A DNA stretch of 64,000 nt from an uncultured bacterium (GTDB lineage: Bacteria; Babelota; Babeliae; Babelales; Babelaceae), in contig CAWFXL010000001.1 of assembly GCA_963819815.1 (NCBI GenBank), positions 320,001 to 384,000 on the forward strand. Reading direction: 5' to 3'. Every line of letters begins with the position of its first letter. Position 1 is the first letter of the stretch. The notes under the pieces were generated by a model. The model worked only from the letters and a program-made list of their open reading frames with translations. It was not told where the DNA came from and made no database searches. The translations under genes were made by a program, and so were the position numbers. Shown in pieces: positions 41,371 through 52,077 of this stretch.

Positions 41371-41402
41371 ATAAAGAACGAATTACTGAGTGCTAAAGTA
41401 CC

Positions 41403-42644
41403 TTAGTTGCCGCAGGTTGGGCAGGCCACTTCACAAAACTCAGGTGTTCTGCAAGGTATGCAAGGTTCAACGCATGGTTTGCAAATTGCAGGAGCAATGC
41501 TATCAAGCAAGATCTTACTTGCATTTAAGCAATCTTGGGTCATTGGAACGAATCCTCGAACACCAAGCTTTTGACCTTGGGTAAGAAGGAATACAATGAA
41601 CTGGGTAAGATTGCATGCAATCCATTCTATTGGCTGAGTACCAAAGAGATCAAAGTATTCAGCGGTAACGATAGGATATACATGTCCTGGATTTGAATGA
41701 GGAGCAAACTGACATATTAAGTCGTTACATACCTGGTTATTAATGACAGAATCGATCTGAGCGTTCTGTATCGCTTCATCATCAGTTGGTGAAATGAAAT
41801 CATTTTGGTGGAGGTTGTCTGTAGGTGGCATTAATCCACCTTGAAGCAAGAGTGCTGCTGGAACTGTTGGAAGGCTGATGAGATTGGCACCCGTTCCTAC
41901 ATAACCGATTGAACCACCTGTTTTTCGTATTTCTTCGATCATTTCTGCAGAGCTATACACCTTATCTGCGGTAGTAACATTAAGAAAATGTGGTTTTGGA
42001 TCACCAGCATTAACCGCTGTGCAGTTTCCACAGTCATTTAAATACGTTGTGAAAGCTTGGTTAGTACCAGATGCATCACCACGAGCAAATGGGGTTATAC
42101 GATTAGTACTTGAAAAGCTTACGTTACAGTTATAAGGCTTTGCAAGATAGGTTTCCCAAAGTGTGTCTGCATTAGTCGCACCCGTATAGATACGACAAAG
42201 ATCTTCACCTGTTAATCTCAATACACCAGCCGGAGTGAGGCATGTTGCAGGATTGTATGTTGACCCATTACTTTGAGTTACACTGGCTGGCAGGTTATAA
42301 ATAACCGATACTGAAGATAGAATGAAAGGAATTTGCAAGAAGCAATCTGGCAAATTACGCGTTTCAGTTGCAGGTGCTAGAAAGTCTGAAACTGAAGCAT
42401 CGAGCAATCCATTGTATACATCGTAGCGTCCTCGGAACGAATCTGAGAATTCTGCTGTTTGCTTATACACAAACGTTGGGCAGGGGAAAATAGTATTATA
42501 GAGCGAAATTGCAGCATCCATATAGTTTTCTGCAAGCGTTGATCCGCCAATGCTAATCGTGCTTCCGTAACTTGGAGCATATTTTGCTGAAACAGAAACG
42601 CTGGTTAATAATGCTAACGATAAGATAGCTAATTTTTTCATCAT
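41403..42644 (-). CDS. Cys-rich PstS-fold periplasmic binding protein paralog (copy B, intact)
   Basis: IGGST, ASVSD, ARGDASGTNQAFTTYL, GSIGYV and YPIV motifs. 18 Cys, of which 7 are in the last 26 aa. Confidence 0.88.
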   Translation of the reverse strand: MMKKLAILSLALLTSVSVSAKYAPSYGSTISIGGSTLAENYMDAAISLYNTIFPCPTFVYKQTAEFSDSFRGRYDVYNGLLDASVSDFLAPATETRNLPDCFLQIPFILSSVSVIYNLPASVTQSNGSTYNPATCLTPAGVLRLTGEDLCRIYTGATNADTLWETYLAKPYNCNVSFSSTNRITPFARGDASGTNQAFTTYLNDCGNCTAVNAGDPKPHFLNVTTADKVYSSAEMIEEIRKTGGSIGYVGTGANLISLPTVPAALLLQGGLMPPTDNLHQNDFISPTDDEAIQNAQIDSVINNQVCNDLICQFAPHSNPGHVYPIVTAEYFDLFGTQPIEWIACNLTQFIVFLLTQGQKLGVRGFVPMTQDCLNASKILLDSIAPAICKPCVEPCIPCRTPEFCEVACPTCGN

Positions 42645-42699
42645 GAGATAAATCCTTTTTTGTTGTTTGTTTGTTTGTTTATTAAAAATTTATTGCCAA

Positions 42700-42796
42700 A
42701 ACGGCACGTGCGGGTCCCCCAACCTGCGAAATGAATTGTTATACTGATAGTAACTCTTCGATATTCACTATAACCTAATATTTTTTATAAAATCAA
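42700..42796 (-). promoter_or_regulatory. Conserved promoter and 5' leader hairpin (copy B)
   Basis: TTGATT-N18-TATAGT, then GAAGAGTTA.. and hairpin GCAGGT-TGGGGG-ACCCGC. Confidence 0.7.
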
Positions 42797-43446
42797 TAAT
42801 TCGTAAAAGAATTTTTGTCATCAAATGTTTTAATCTATATTAATCAGTTTGATATTATAATAAGCGGTGTTACTTAGGTTGCGAGGGTAGATTGTGGTAA
42901 AAGATGATCAAACCAAGATATCTATGAATAGTGAGATAAGGGGAAGGGTCCTTTGATAATAGATGCGTGAAGAATAAGTGATTTTGATACCAGGAAATAG
43001 TTAATAGACTTAGTGAATATAATGATCGGGAATTATTAAGCGTAGGCATGTACAATCTGGATGATCTTTAAGATGGAACCACTAATCCCTAACTGTTTTG
43101 AAATAAAGCCTTAGATGTCTTGGACAAAAAGGCATACCTCATGAACAAAAATATGCCGAGTGGTCTGCATGATAAAAAATTACGGTGGCTGATACGTTTG
43201 AGAAAAGCCAGAATTAAGGATCGAGGGAGGGATAGTATTTGAGACATAGAAGACTGTATCGTATTTTCGTAACTGGGCAATTGATCTCGTGAAGAGGTCT
43301 GTAAATGAAGCTCATTTATCTAGAAATCTAAAGGCCATTCAGCTGAAAAAAGCGGATTGTTATGTTCCACTCTGATCTTTCACTCTATGAAATGCCTCAT
43401 GCCCGGCAAACGATCTGAAGAGATAATATCAATCTTAGAAATGTCC

Positions 43447-43505
43447 TTAGCATGTGCAGGTTGGACAAGTCTGAGGGGCTATCATAAGGTGTGCAGGGAT
43501 ATGTT
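43447..43505 (-). pseudogene. Tiny remnant of a PstS-like Cys-rich tail
   Basis: Encodes PCTPYDSP / QTCPTCTC-stop. Similar to 45983-46050 and to the tail of copy E. Confidence 0.5.
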
Positions 43506-43520
43506 GGTAGATGTAAAAGG

Positions 43521-43547
43521 ACATGCCGAGCATGAGGCTCGGCATGT
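43521..43547 (-). terminator. Conserved terminator of the PstS-like family (2)
   Basis: ACATGCCGAGC-atgag-GCTCGGCATGT, followed on the minus strand by cctttt. Confidence 0.85.
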
Positions 43548-43576
43548 AAAGAACGAATAATTGAGTACTAAAGTGC

Positions 43577-44825
43577 TTAGTTGCCGCAGGTTGGGCAGGC
43601 CACTTCACAGAACTCAGGTGTTCTGCAAGGTATGCAAGGTTCAACGCATGGTTTGCAAATTGCAGGAGCAATGCTATCAAGCATGATCTTACTTGCATTT
43701 AAGCAATCTTGGGTCATTGGAACGAATCCTCGAACACCAAGCTTTTGACCTTGGGTAAGAAGGAATACAATGAACTGGGTAAGATTGCATGAAATCCATT
43801 CTATTGGCTGAGTACCAAAGAGATCAAAGTATTCAGCGGTAACGATAGGATATACATGTCCTGGATTTGAAAGAGGAGCAAACTGACATATTAAGTCGTT
43901 ACAAACCTGGTTATTAATGACAGAATCGATCTGAGCGTTCTGTATCGCTTCATCATCAGTTGGTGAAATGAAATCATCTTGGTGGAGGTTGGTCTGTAGG
44001 TGGGAGCAATCCACCTTGAAGCAAGAGTGCTGCTGGAACGGTTGGAAGGTTAATGAGATTGGCACCCGTTCCTACATAACCTATTGAACCACCCGTTTTT
44101 CGAACCGCTTCAATCATTTCTGCAGAGCTATACACTAGATCTGAGGGGTTGGTACTAACATTAGGAAAAGTTGGTTTTGGATCACCAGCATTAACCGCTG
44201 TGCAGTTTCCACAGTCATTTAAATACGTTGTGAAAGCTTGGTTAGTACCAGATGCATCACCACGAGCAAATGGGGTTATACGATTAGTACTTGAAAAGCT
44301 TACGTTACAGTTATAAGGCTTTGCAAGATAGGTTTCCCAAAGTGTGTCTGCACTAGTCGCACCCGTATAGATACGACAAAGATCTTCACCTGTTAATCTC
44401 AATACACCAGCCGGAGTGAGGCATGTTGCAGGATTGTATGTTGTCCCATTACTTTGAGTTACACTGGCTGGCAGGTTATAAATAACCGATACTGAAGATA
44501 GAATGAAAGGAATTTGCAAGAAGCAATCTGGCAAATTACGAGTTTCACTTGCAGGTGCTAGAAAGTCTGCAACAGAAGCATCGAGTGATCCATTGTACAC
44601 GTCATAACGTCCTCGGAACGAATCTGAGAATTCTGCTGTTTGCTTATACACAAACGTTGGGCAGGGGAAAATAGTATTATAGAGCGAAATTGCAGCATCC
44701 ATGTAGTTTTCTGCAAGCGTCGAACCACCAACTCTAATGGTACTTCCAAAGGCTGGTCTGAATTGTGCTGAAACAGAAACGCAGGTGAGTAATGCTACCG
44801 ACAAGATAGCTAATTTTTTCATCAT
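43577..44825 (-). pseudogene. Cys-rich PstS-fold paralog (copy C), frameshifted at ~43991
   Basis: Near-identical to copy B. Plus strand reads gaggttGgtctgtagg versus gaggttgtctgtagg in copy B (one extra G). Joins ORFs 43974..44933 and 43577..44065. Confidence 0.85.
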
Positions 44826-44874
44826 AATAATCCTCTTTTGTTTTTTTGTATGTTTTTTGTATAGTTTATTAAAA

Positions 44875-44968
44875 TGGCACTTGCAGGTCCCCCAACCTTC
44901 GGTATAGCCGTTAAACTGATAGTAACTCTTCATTACTTACTATAATTAATTTTCTATTATGAAATCAA
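44875..44968 (-). promoter_or_regulatory. Conserved promoter and 5' leader hairpin (copy C)
   Basis: TTGATT-N18-TATAGT and hairpin GAAGGT-TGGGGG-ACCTGC. Confidence 0.7.
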
Positions 44969-45214
44969 TGATTTAAAATGAATAATATTTATAAATATTT
45001 GTATATAATGTGGCTCTTTTTTCTAGACTGTCATATCTGTTAGAAATGGGTGTCATTGTAATCGTTAATAACTCGTGCCAAACACACGTTTTAGTCAAAA
45101 AAATAACATCGTTCATACGGCACATCTGTTCGCTCACTATGAGGGAATGCCCTAAGGCATAGACTTTTATGATCCTTCTCATTTCAGCCGCTATACCTAA
45201 ACTACAGTGCTTAC

Positions 45215-45569
45215 CCTCTGCGCTGGGAAGGCCCCTAAATGTATGTGTGGGGATGAGAAGCACAAGATAGTATCTCGAGATCATCGAGGTGATATCTTCT
45301 AACAACTCTTGCATGTATCTCATTTGCTGATACTATCACATGTGAACTGTAGCGGTTTTTAATAATCAAAATAGTGCCAGAGCAGCCTCGCCTTTGTACT
45401 GAGTGATGTATCGGCGTAGAACCACTCATGATAGAGACTATAATGCTGCGAAAAATATCGAACGAGTTGGGGCATCAACTCTTGGGTTAGGCGATGTAAG
45501 ACCAACTTTGTTGGCTATCGCTGTCTGATCCCAGAATCCCCGGAATGTATTCCTGGACGAGTATGTCAA
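45215..45569 (+). mobile_element. Non-autonomous, internally deleted IS200/IS605 derivative (355 bp) related to the tnpB element
   Basis: Preceded by TTAC (45211-45214). 45215-45407 aligns to the left end of the 15920-17303 element. 45416-45569 aligns to the 3' end of tnpB plus the right end, finishing in TCAA. Confidence 0.9.
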
Positions 45570-45589
45570 TAATAAGCATCTCAGCATCG
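45416..45589 (+). ncRNA. Putative TnpB omegaRNA (scaffold ~45416-45569 plus flanking guide TAATAAGCATCTCAGC...)
   Basis: TnpB omegaRNAs are known to overlap the tnpB 3' end and right end, with the guide taken from the 3' flank. Exactly this part is retained here. Expression is not demonstrated. Confidence 0.55.
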
Positions 45590-45982
45590 GGGGGAACTTT
45601 CAAGATCCATTTTCCAAATTCGATACCAAGAAAAACCTCAATGCATCCTGCTAATCAAGATTACCACGTAGGCATCAGACTAGGAGCATCTGTTTTGTAA
45701 GCAACTGTAAGATCCTCTTGCCTTCCAAATGAGCTTTCCCTTTGTGTCGAAGCCTTCGATCTGGCCAGCTTTATATTTGCGGCACTGGCTAACCTTCATA
45801 GTCCATCATCAGAAGGGATTCCCTCTATCTTTTGGAGAGAGTGTGTCACCAGAGACTTGAAGCCATCTTGTAAAAAAGTAATGAAATGCTGCTGATAAAC
45901 TCTTTATAAAGGAGAAAATAATAGTGAACAAATTGCATGACGAGCAAGGGGCCCAACATGAGAGCCTATCAATGAAATGATC

Positions 45983-46295
45983 TTAGCATGCACAGGTGGA
46001 CAAGTCTGCATACGCCATGCAGGGCTATCGCAAGGTGTGCAAGGAGGAATGTAAGCATTGCAAAGTACTCCAGAGATACTATCTAGGAAGATCTTGCTAG
46101 AGCATAAACCTCATTGGATCAATGAAACTAGCCAGAGACACCACCGTTGATTTTGGATAAGACTGAGCAAAATAAAATTGTAAGATGAAAGCGATCCTTT
46201 CGATGGGCTAAGTTCTGCGATAACGACAGGATATATTAATGCCTTAGCAGGGTGATTCTGACAAGACAAGTTTGTAGAGAGAATTGCCTGATAGA
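45983..46295 (-). pseudogene. Decayed 3' remnant of another PstS-like paralog
   Basis: Minus-strand translations STNLSCQNHPAKALIYPVVIAE and SSKIFLDSISGVLCNAYIPPCTPCDSPA match TNLICQP..YPLVIAE and LDSISAVICEPCIEPCIPCDSPA of copy E. Confidence 0.75.
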
Positions 46296-46591
46296 TTAAG
46301 TTTGTTCAATTTAGATTAACCCAGTTAATCTAAATTCAAAACCCGTGAGGTCATACGTGTCGGTACCATCTTCCACAGTGGCTGGTAAGTAATGAGAAAG
46401 GATCTTTTAAGCTCGGTTACCCAGGTAACTTTGACCTTACATCTAGTTTCTGTACGTCAGACCCAAAGTTTTGACCTTCAGATCTCACCTCGCAATGGGA
46501 AACTCTTGCCTACAGCTTACGATTCTGGTTGCTACGAGCCCGCTGGGGACTTGAACCTCTTTGAAATTTTACCAAACCCAGCGCACAGGAA

Positions 46592-46618
46592 ACATGCCGA
46601 GCACGGGGCTCGGCATGT
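46592..46618 (-). terminator. Conserved terminator of the PstS-like family (3)
   Basis: ACATGCCGAGC-acggg-GCTCGGCATGT. Weak U-tract. Confidence 0.75.
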
Positions 46619-46662
46619 AAAAAGTTACTATCTAGTATACTAGCTGAGGAGAGTACTTCCCC

Positions 46663-47931
46663 TTAGTTGTTGCAGGTTGGGCAAGCCTCAGGGCACGTTG
46701 CAACGGTTGCGCAAGGTATGCATGGTTCAATGCAAGGCTGGCAAATTGCAGACCCGATATCATCAAGGAGAGCCTTACTCGCTGCTATACAGTCTTGCGA
46801 CATTGGGAAGTATCCTGGAACCTGACTTGCAAACTTTTGCCCTTGGGTAAGAAGGAACAAAATAAACTGTTTAACGTTGCATGCAATAAAGTCTGTTGGC
46901 TGTGTACCAAAGACTTCAAAAAGCTCAACAGTAACAATCGGATATGCACCTGGAACGCAGGTTAAGCTCGTGCAGTTTCCACTGCTTACTGCAGCCTGTA
47001 CGTTCGCCGCAGTTGGTGCTAGGAAGTCAGCATTCACAGTTGAGCTGCCGCCTGCTTCGAGTATCAAAGCAACAGGGATGTTAGGATTATTTGATACCGC
47101 AATATCACCTAACCCAGCATAGCCAAGAGTGCCAGGATTAGCTGCTACATAGTTAACCAAGGCTATACCACCTGATACGCGAACTACTAAGCTTGTAAAT
47201 TGGCTATCGGTGAATAATGGCGGCGTTCCAGCTGGAAGTGGATTGTTAGGCGTTATTCCTGGGCAATTTCCACAGTTAGCTAGATAGGTTGTGAATACTT
47301 GCGAAGTACCACTGCTATCTAGTCGAGCAACTGGAATTAATGGATAGTTGTGAGTGTTAACCGGAGCAATACACCCCGTAGGTTGTCCACCTAAGTTATA
47401 GGGCCTTGAAAGAAAATCTTCCCAGAATTCGGTTGTCGGATTTGTATAGATGCTACAAAGATCGCTACCTGTTAATCTCAATCCACCATTTGCAGCCAAA
47501 TCAGCAGCGAGAGCGGCAGTCGTAGTATAAATCTTAGCTACGCCACCCTTACATACCGTAAACATCCCTCCCGCAAAAGTGATATTTGGTAGATGATAAG
47601 GGATAGCAACTGCAGAAACTAGGAATGGAATTTCCAGGAGACAATCTGGCAAAAACTGTGTTTCAGTTGCAGGCGCTGGAGCATCTGACACTGCACCAGT
47701 AAGTGTTCCGTTATAAACACCAGCACGCCCAGCACCTGAGTCTGAGGTTGCATAGGTGAATGTTGGACACGGGTAAATTGAGTTTTAAAGACTAACAACC
47801 GCAGTCATGTAAGGTGCTGCGAGTGAAGATCCACCAAGTTTAATGTTAGCACCAAAACCAGGTGCAAATTTTGCCGAAGCAGAAACGCATGTGAGTAATG
47901 CTATCGACAAGATAGCTAATTTTTTCATCAT
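46663..47931 (-). pseudogene. Cys-rich PstS-fold paralog (copy D) with an in-frame TAA at 47785-47787
   Basis: MMKKLAILSIALLTC...IKLGGSSLAAPYMTAVVSL*NSIYPCPTF; the stop replaces a conserved Tyr. Continues in frame into ORF 46663..47691 (SDSGAG, ARLDSSGTSQVFTTYL). This is the most canonical PstS motif set in the array. Confidence 0.85.
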
Positions 47932-47977
47932 AATAATCCTCTTTTATTTTTGTTTTGTTTATATTTTGCTTACTGAG

Positions 47978-48067
47978 CAATTGTAGGTTCCCCTGCCTAC
48001 ATGTAGCTGTTATACTGCTAATAACTCTTCACTATTAACTATAAATAATTTTCTATTATAAAATCAA
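47978..48067 (-). promoter_or_regulatory. Conserved promoter and 5' leader hairpin (copy D)
   Basis: TTGATT-N18-TATAGT and hairpin GTAGG-CAGGGGAA-CCTAC. Confidence 0.7.
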
Positions 48068-48623
48068 GAGATAAAAAAGAATATTTACCGCATGATTTTG
48101 AAAACAAATCTTTCCATTGGCAAGCTTCTTGAAAGCAATAAGCTTTGGAAGCAGTTCCCAATTTCATGATGCAACAAGCTCCCGTTTGGCGCGATCACAT
48201 GCTTATGCTCTACATCGAGTTACACAAAGACACGCCCCCTCCTATTTCCAGGCTACTACGCCGCCTCATAGCCTCTACATGACCAACTTGCTCTCTCCTA
48301 GTCATATAGATCTCCCGAGCATAGCGACCAGAATAATCTCGTCGCTTTACTACTTTTTTATATCGATACGGCCTGGTATATATAGGCATATGGCTGCACA
48401 GCCGTGCTCATGTATAAAAGTGTAATAAAGCAGCAATCAGTTTTTGAAATCTTTTCAGAAAATTATGTGCGAGTAACTAAAAAAGTCCTGTCATCTCTTA
48501 TCATGCAGGCAGGGCGATGAGGATCTTCTTACTACTAAGCGATTGCACTTTCATGAGCAGTATGATAGTTTTCAAGCTACCTAATAAGTAGGTATTAAGG
48601 AACGTTACCAGGGAGATTTCTTC

Positions 48624-49190
48624 ATGAAAAAACTCATGCTTCTTACATCGTTAGCAATTTCAAGTTACTCGTACGGAATTCCAGATAAGATACTAAAGGA
48701 AGTTGCAACTGCTCATTCTCTGAGCGAGCTGAGTCAAGAAGCGCAAGAGGCAATTACTTCCAAAGAGCTTCCCAGGGAAGCTCTCAGTACTGAGCTCAGG
48801 AAAGAAGTAGAGGCTCTCGACTTTTACTGGGAGATACTCCTTGCTATCATTACCCAAAACACGGATGCTATCGCCCATCAAGTAGCCCAAGGTATTGATC
48901 TTAACGCAAAGACCAATTTTAACTATACCTTTCTCACCTTTGCAGTCGATAATAATGTTGTTGAAAGTGTGCGCGAATTGATTAAACAAGGTGCTCAGGT
49001 CTCAATTCCCGATGAGTTCGGGAGAAGCCCACTTCACTATGCAATTATTCGTAGAAACAAATCTATGGTAACACTGCTTCTTGAAGCTGGGGCCGATCCT
49101 AATCTGCCTGATCACAAAGGTAATACACCACTAATGTGCACATCAAACGAAGGCATTATTGCCTTACTACGTCTTTTTGGGGCACACTAG
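48624..49190 (+). CDS. Ankyrin-repeat protein with signal peptide
   Basis: GRSPLHYAI and GADPNLPDHKGNTPL motifs. GGGAG RBS. Confidence 0.9.
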   Translation: MKKLMLLTSLAISSYSYGIPDKILKEVATAHSLSELSQEAQEAITSKELPREALSTELRKEVEALDFYWEILLAIITQNTDAIAHQVAQGIDLNAKTNFNYTFLTFAVDNNVVESVRELIKQGAQVSIPDEFGRSPLHYAIIRRNKSMVTLLLEAGADPNLPDHKGNTPLMCTSNEGIIALLRLFGAH

Positions 49191-49288
49191 AGAGGAAATT
49201 CGGCTACAACAAACTTACTGACTGCACCAGCATAGGAAAGTTGAGCTTTTCAGAGCGTAACAACCTTAAATGATAGAGAAAGGAATCT

Positions 49289-49897
49289 ATGGATCACCAA
49301 CTTATAGCAATACTCAGCATACCCTGTCTTGGATATCTCAGTTATTGCATCGCTTTGTACAGCGAAATATATCGCCTAAAAATGTATGGAAAGCATGTTG
49401 TCACAGAAGAAGAAGACCTTGATCCTATTCTGAGGGCACCGATTACCACCAGATCCTGGTTCAATCTTTCACAAGCAGCAACATGGCTCATACTTGGAGG
49501 ATTACTCCTTGGCGGCTACGCCTACGGAGAATATCTAATCAGGTTTAACCCTATAGAAAAATATCTCGATAGGTTTATCACCCTAAACTGGATTCTTGAG
49601 TATAGTATTGGACTTTTACTCACGCAAACGTTACTGATCCTCGGCTATGCACTAGAATTGTTGCTTATTTTTCGATTTGCAGATCGGAATCGGAGCTCAC
49701 TCATAGGGGAAGTACGTATGTCAAGCGATATAGTCAATCACAAAAGACTCTATCATTTCATTCCATTTAGCATAATTTTGCTAGCTGTGTATGCCTATAA
49801 TCCAAGTGCATTTACTTTGGGATGCGCAATCGCGCCCTTTATCTCTATGTTATCGATGTGGCAACGTATTAGGCGCGCAAGGAAAACAGCTTCTTAA
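49289..49897 (+). CDS. Hypothetical membrane protein
   Basis: About 5 hydrophobic segments. AGGA RBS. Confidence 0.7.
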   Translation: MDHQLIAILSIPCLGYLSYCIALYSEIYRLKMYGKHVVTEEEDLDPILRAPITTRSWFNLSQAATWLILGGLLLGGYAYGEYLIRFNPIEKYLDRFITLNWILEYSIGLLLTQTLLILGYALELLLIFRFADRNRSSLIGEVRMSSDIVNHKRLYHFIPFSIILLAVYAYNPSAFTLGCAIAPFISMLSMWQRIRRARKTAS

Positions 49898-49983
49898 TGT
49901 GCTGCTTTGCCAGAGAGTACCTAGGTGAACTTATCTTCCCAGGAGTTCTTTGTGACGAAGAGCCCTAGCCCTTAGAGAATGTC

Positions 49984-52077
49984 TCAGTGTTTGTGGTACC
50001 CATTTTTTTTCAACTGAGGTGGATGGCAGTCTTTAAGATGTTTTGTACGATCCGCCTCCACACACGTAGCATCACAGTAGCGAGCTTCTTTACAGTTCTG
50101 ACAGATAAGCGAAGCTGATCCCTCATGACAATACCTGCAGACTGTTGGCAGATCCAGCATTTCAAGCTGCCTAATTTTAGGCGTGAGAAAGAGCGGAATA
50201 AGAGAAAGAACTGCCTGGTGAGGAAGTTCAGCACCAAGCTCCTTTAAATAACTAACGACGAGATCATGGCCATATGAATGGGCGCATATGAGAGGTGTTA
50301 TGCCATCTTTATTAGGAGTTGCTGGTTCAGCTCCATGTCTCACAAGAGTTTTAACGACCTTCAGACGACCAGTTTGGCACGCAAGGAGTAAGGGAGTACT
50401 ATTGCGTGGTCCGCACTCATCGACGGGCGCGCCATTCCGTATAAGAAGATCGACAAGCCGACTATGGCCACACCAACTTGCAAAGTGAAGAGCCGTAAAG
50501 CCTTCAATGGTTTTTGCTGAGCGGTCTGCACCTCGTGCTAACAGAAGTTCCACACAATCAAAGGCTCCAGATTGACATGCTACTAAGAGGGCTGTTTGAA
50601 GACGATCATTAACACAGTTGACCTGTGCTCCATGATCAAGCAAAAGCCTCGCAAGCTCTTTCCTATTATTAAGGCAACAGATCATAAGAGCAGTCATTCC
50701 CTTGTATCCTTTTGTATCTACCTGTGCTTGTGCCTCTAAGAGAGCTGTCACTAATTCTTCAGTACCTTGGTTGCATGCAATAGAGAGCGCCGTACCATGC
50801 TCTGCACTTACCGCCTCAAGATCTGCCCCCAGCTCTTTTAACAAGGGAACAAGACGACGTCTCTCTTCAAAGCACGCATAGTGCAGAGCCGTTACCCCAT
50901 GTTTGTTAGCATACGTAACGACACCTCTTTTTTTGGCAGTCAGCCATTCAATTAGTGCTGGGTCTTCGAATGAACATGCGGCCATGAGGGGCGTGATCCC
51001 ATCTGTATCTTCTGACTGTACATCGGCACCGGCAGCTATAAGGGCTCCGATTATGCGCCGCAACCCTTTTTGGCACGCAGCGATAAGGCCAGTTGTGAGG
51101 TCCTTTTGACGATCTTTCTTCAGAGATAGAAGCCGTATAACGAGATGATAATGACCGTTCTCAACAGCATATATGAGGGGGGTTTTTCCTGCGCTATCAG
51201 CCTGTGTTAACTGTGCGCCATGCCTCAGAAACAGATCAACAAGCTCAGCGTCTCCCTCCTCACATGCTTGATGCAGCGCTGTTCTTCCCTTATTATCAGG
51301 AATATCGCACGGCACGCCTTTATCAATAAGAAAGACCACCATGCCATAGCGGCCCCGTTCTTTATGCATCATTGCCTGCAGTAGCAGGTTTCTGTTATTT
51401 TCATCAGATTCAGTAAAAGCAACTCCATGCTCATGAAGACGTTGTGCAATAGAAGTCCTAAAATAGATACAGGCCAAGGACAAGGCATTAGTGCCTCTAT
51501 CAGTTTTAAGGGAAGGATCCGCTCCATGAGTCAGCAAAAAGTCGACCCACCAATACTTACCTCTGATCACAGAAAACGCTAAGGGAGTCATATTTCCCGC
51601 CATCTGCAGATTAACATTACATGCGTGGTTTTTTACCAAGAGTGCAGCAATTTCACGCTTATCAAGCTGACAGGCAATGATGAGTGGACTTGCACCTCCA
51701 TCATCCTGAGCATTAACATTAGCTTCGCATACCAAAAGAAACCTAACAACGCGAATATTACCTGCAGCAACGGCACTATGAAGAGCGGTGCTTCCGTCTG
51801 CAGCTCGTGCATTAACGTCTGCGCCATGTTTTAAGAGTTGGCGAACTTTAGTTGAAAATCCATTTTCAACGGCAATGATGAGGGGAGTGCGTCCGGAAGT
51901 ATCTCGAGCATTAGGGGAAGCTCCTCGATGTACAAGGTCTGCTATAGTGTCTTTGTCATCGGCCATACATGAGTTAAGGAGCAGTCGATCTTCTTTCGTA
52001 AGGTTGATAGATGCCCCATAGAGCATACCTGGTAGTATACTGATACTCAACAAAGCGATGGTGATTATCTTGTTCAT
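49984..52077 (-). CDS. Ankyrin-repeat protein with C-terminal MYND zinc finger
   Basis: About 17 ankyrin repeats. CRYC..CQNCKEARYCDATC..H..C at the C-terminus. Signal peptide. Confidence 0.92.
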   Translation of the reverse strand: MNKIITIALLSISILPGMLYGASINLTKEDRLLLNSCMADDKDTIADLVHRGASPNARDTSGRTPLIIAVENGFSTKVRQLLKHGADVNARAADGSTALHSAVAAGNIRVVRFLLVCEANVNAQDDGGASPLIIACQLDKREIAALLVKNHACNVNLQMAGNMTPLAFSVIRGKYWWVDFLLTHGADPSLKTDRGTNALSLACIYFRTSIAQRLHEHGVAFTESDENNRNLLLQAMMHKERGRYGMVVFLIDKGVPCDIPDNKGRTALHQACEEGDAELVDLFLRHGAQLTQADSAGKTPLIYAVENGHYHLVIRLLSLKKDRQKDLTTGLIAACQKGLRRIIGALIAAGADVQSEDTDGITPLMAACSFEDPALIEWLTAKKRGVVTYANKHGVTALHYACFEERRRLVPLLKELGADLEAVSAEHGTALSIACNQGTEELVTALLEAQAQVDTKGYKGMTALMICCLNNRKELARLLLDHGAQVNCVNDRLQTALLVACQSGAFDCVELLLARGADRSAKTIEGFTALHFASWCGHSRLVDLLIRNGAPVDECGPRNSTPLLLACQTGRLKVVKTLVRHGAEPATPNKDGITPLICAHSYGHDLVVSYLKELGAELPHQAVLSLIPLFLTPKIRQLEMLDLPTVCRYCHEGSASLICQNCKEARYCDATCVEADRTKHLKDCHPPQLKKNGYHKH

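Noticed and set aside
42850..43440. Purine-rich, coding-like intergenic stretch (similarly 45570-45960, 9480-9650 and 12045-12281)
   Set aside because: Multiple stops or no credible start, and no recognisable motif. They may be decayed genes but cannot be supported.
41403..44825. Near-identical gene pair as DGR template/variable repeats
   Set aside because: No reverse transcriptase is in the window, and the differences are not adenine-specific and include indels.
46243..46252. 10-nt match (cttagcaggg) to the full element's predicted TnpB guide
   Set aside because: It is not preceded by TTAC and the match stops after 10 nt, consistent with chance. No convincing in-window target was found by eye for either guide.
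46536..46559. tRNA-3'-end-like string (minus strand GAGGTTCAAGTCCCCAGCGGGCTC), a possible att site
   Set aside because: The T-stem does not pair properly, there is no CCA, D-arm or anticodon arm, and no integrase is nearby.
47785..47787. In-frame TAA as evidence of stop-codon reassignment
   Set aside because: TAA, TAG and TGA all terminate well-defined genes elsewhere in the window, and this is a single instance.
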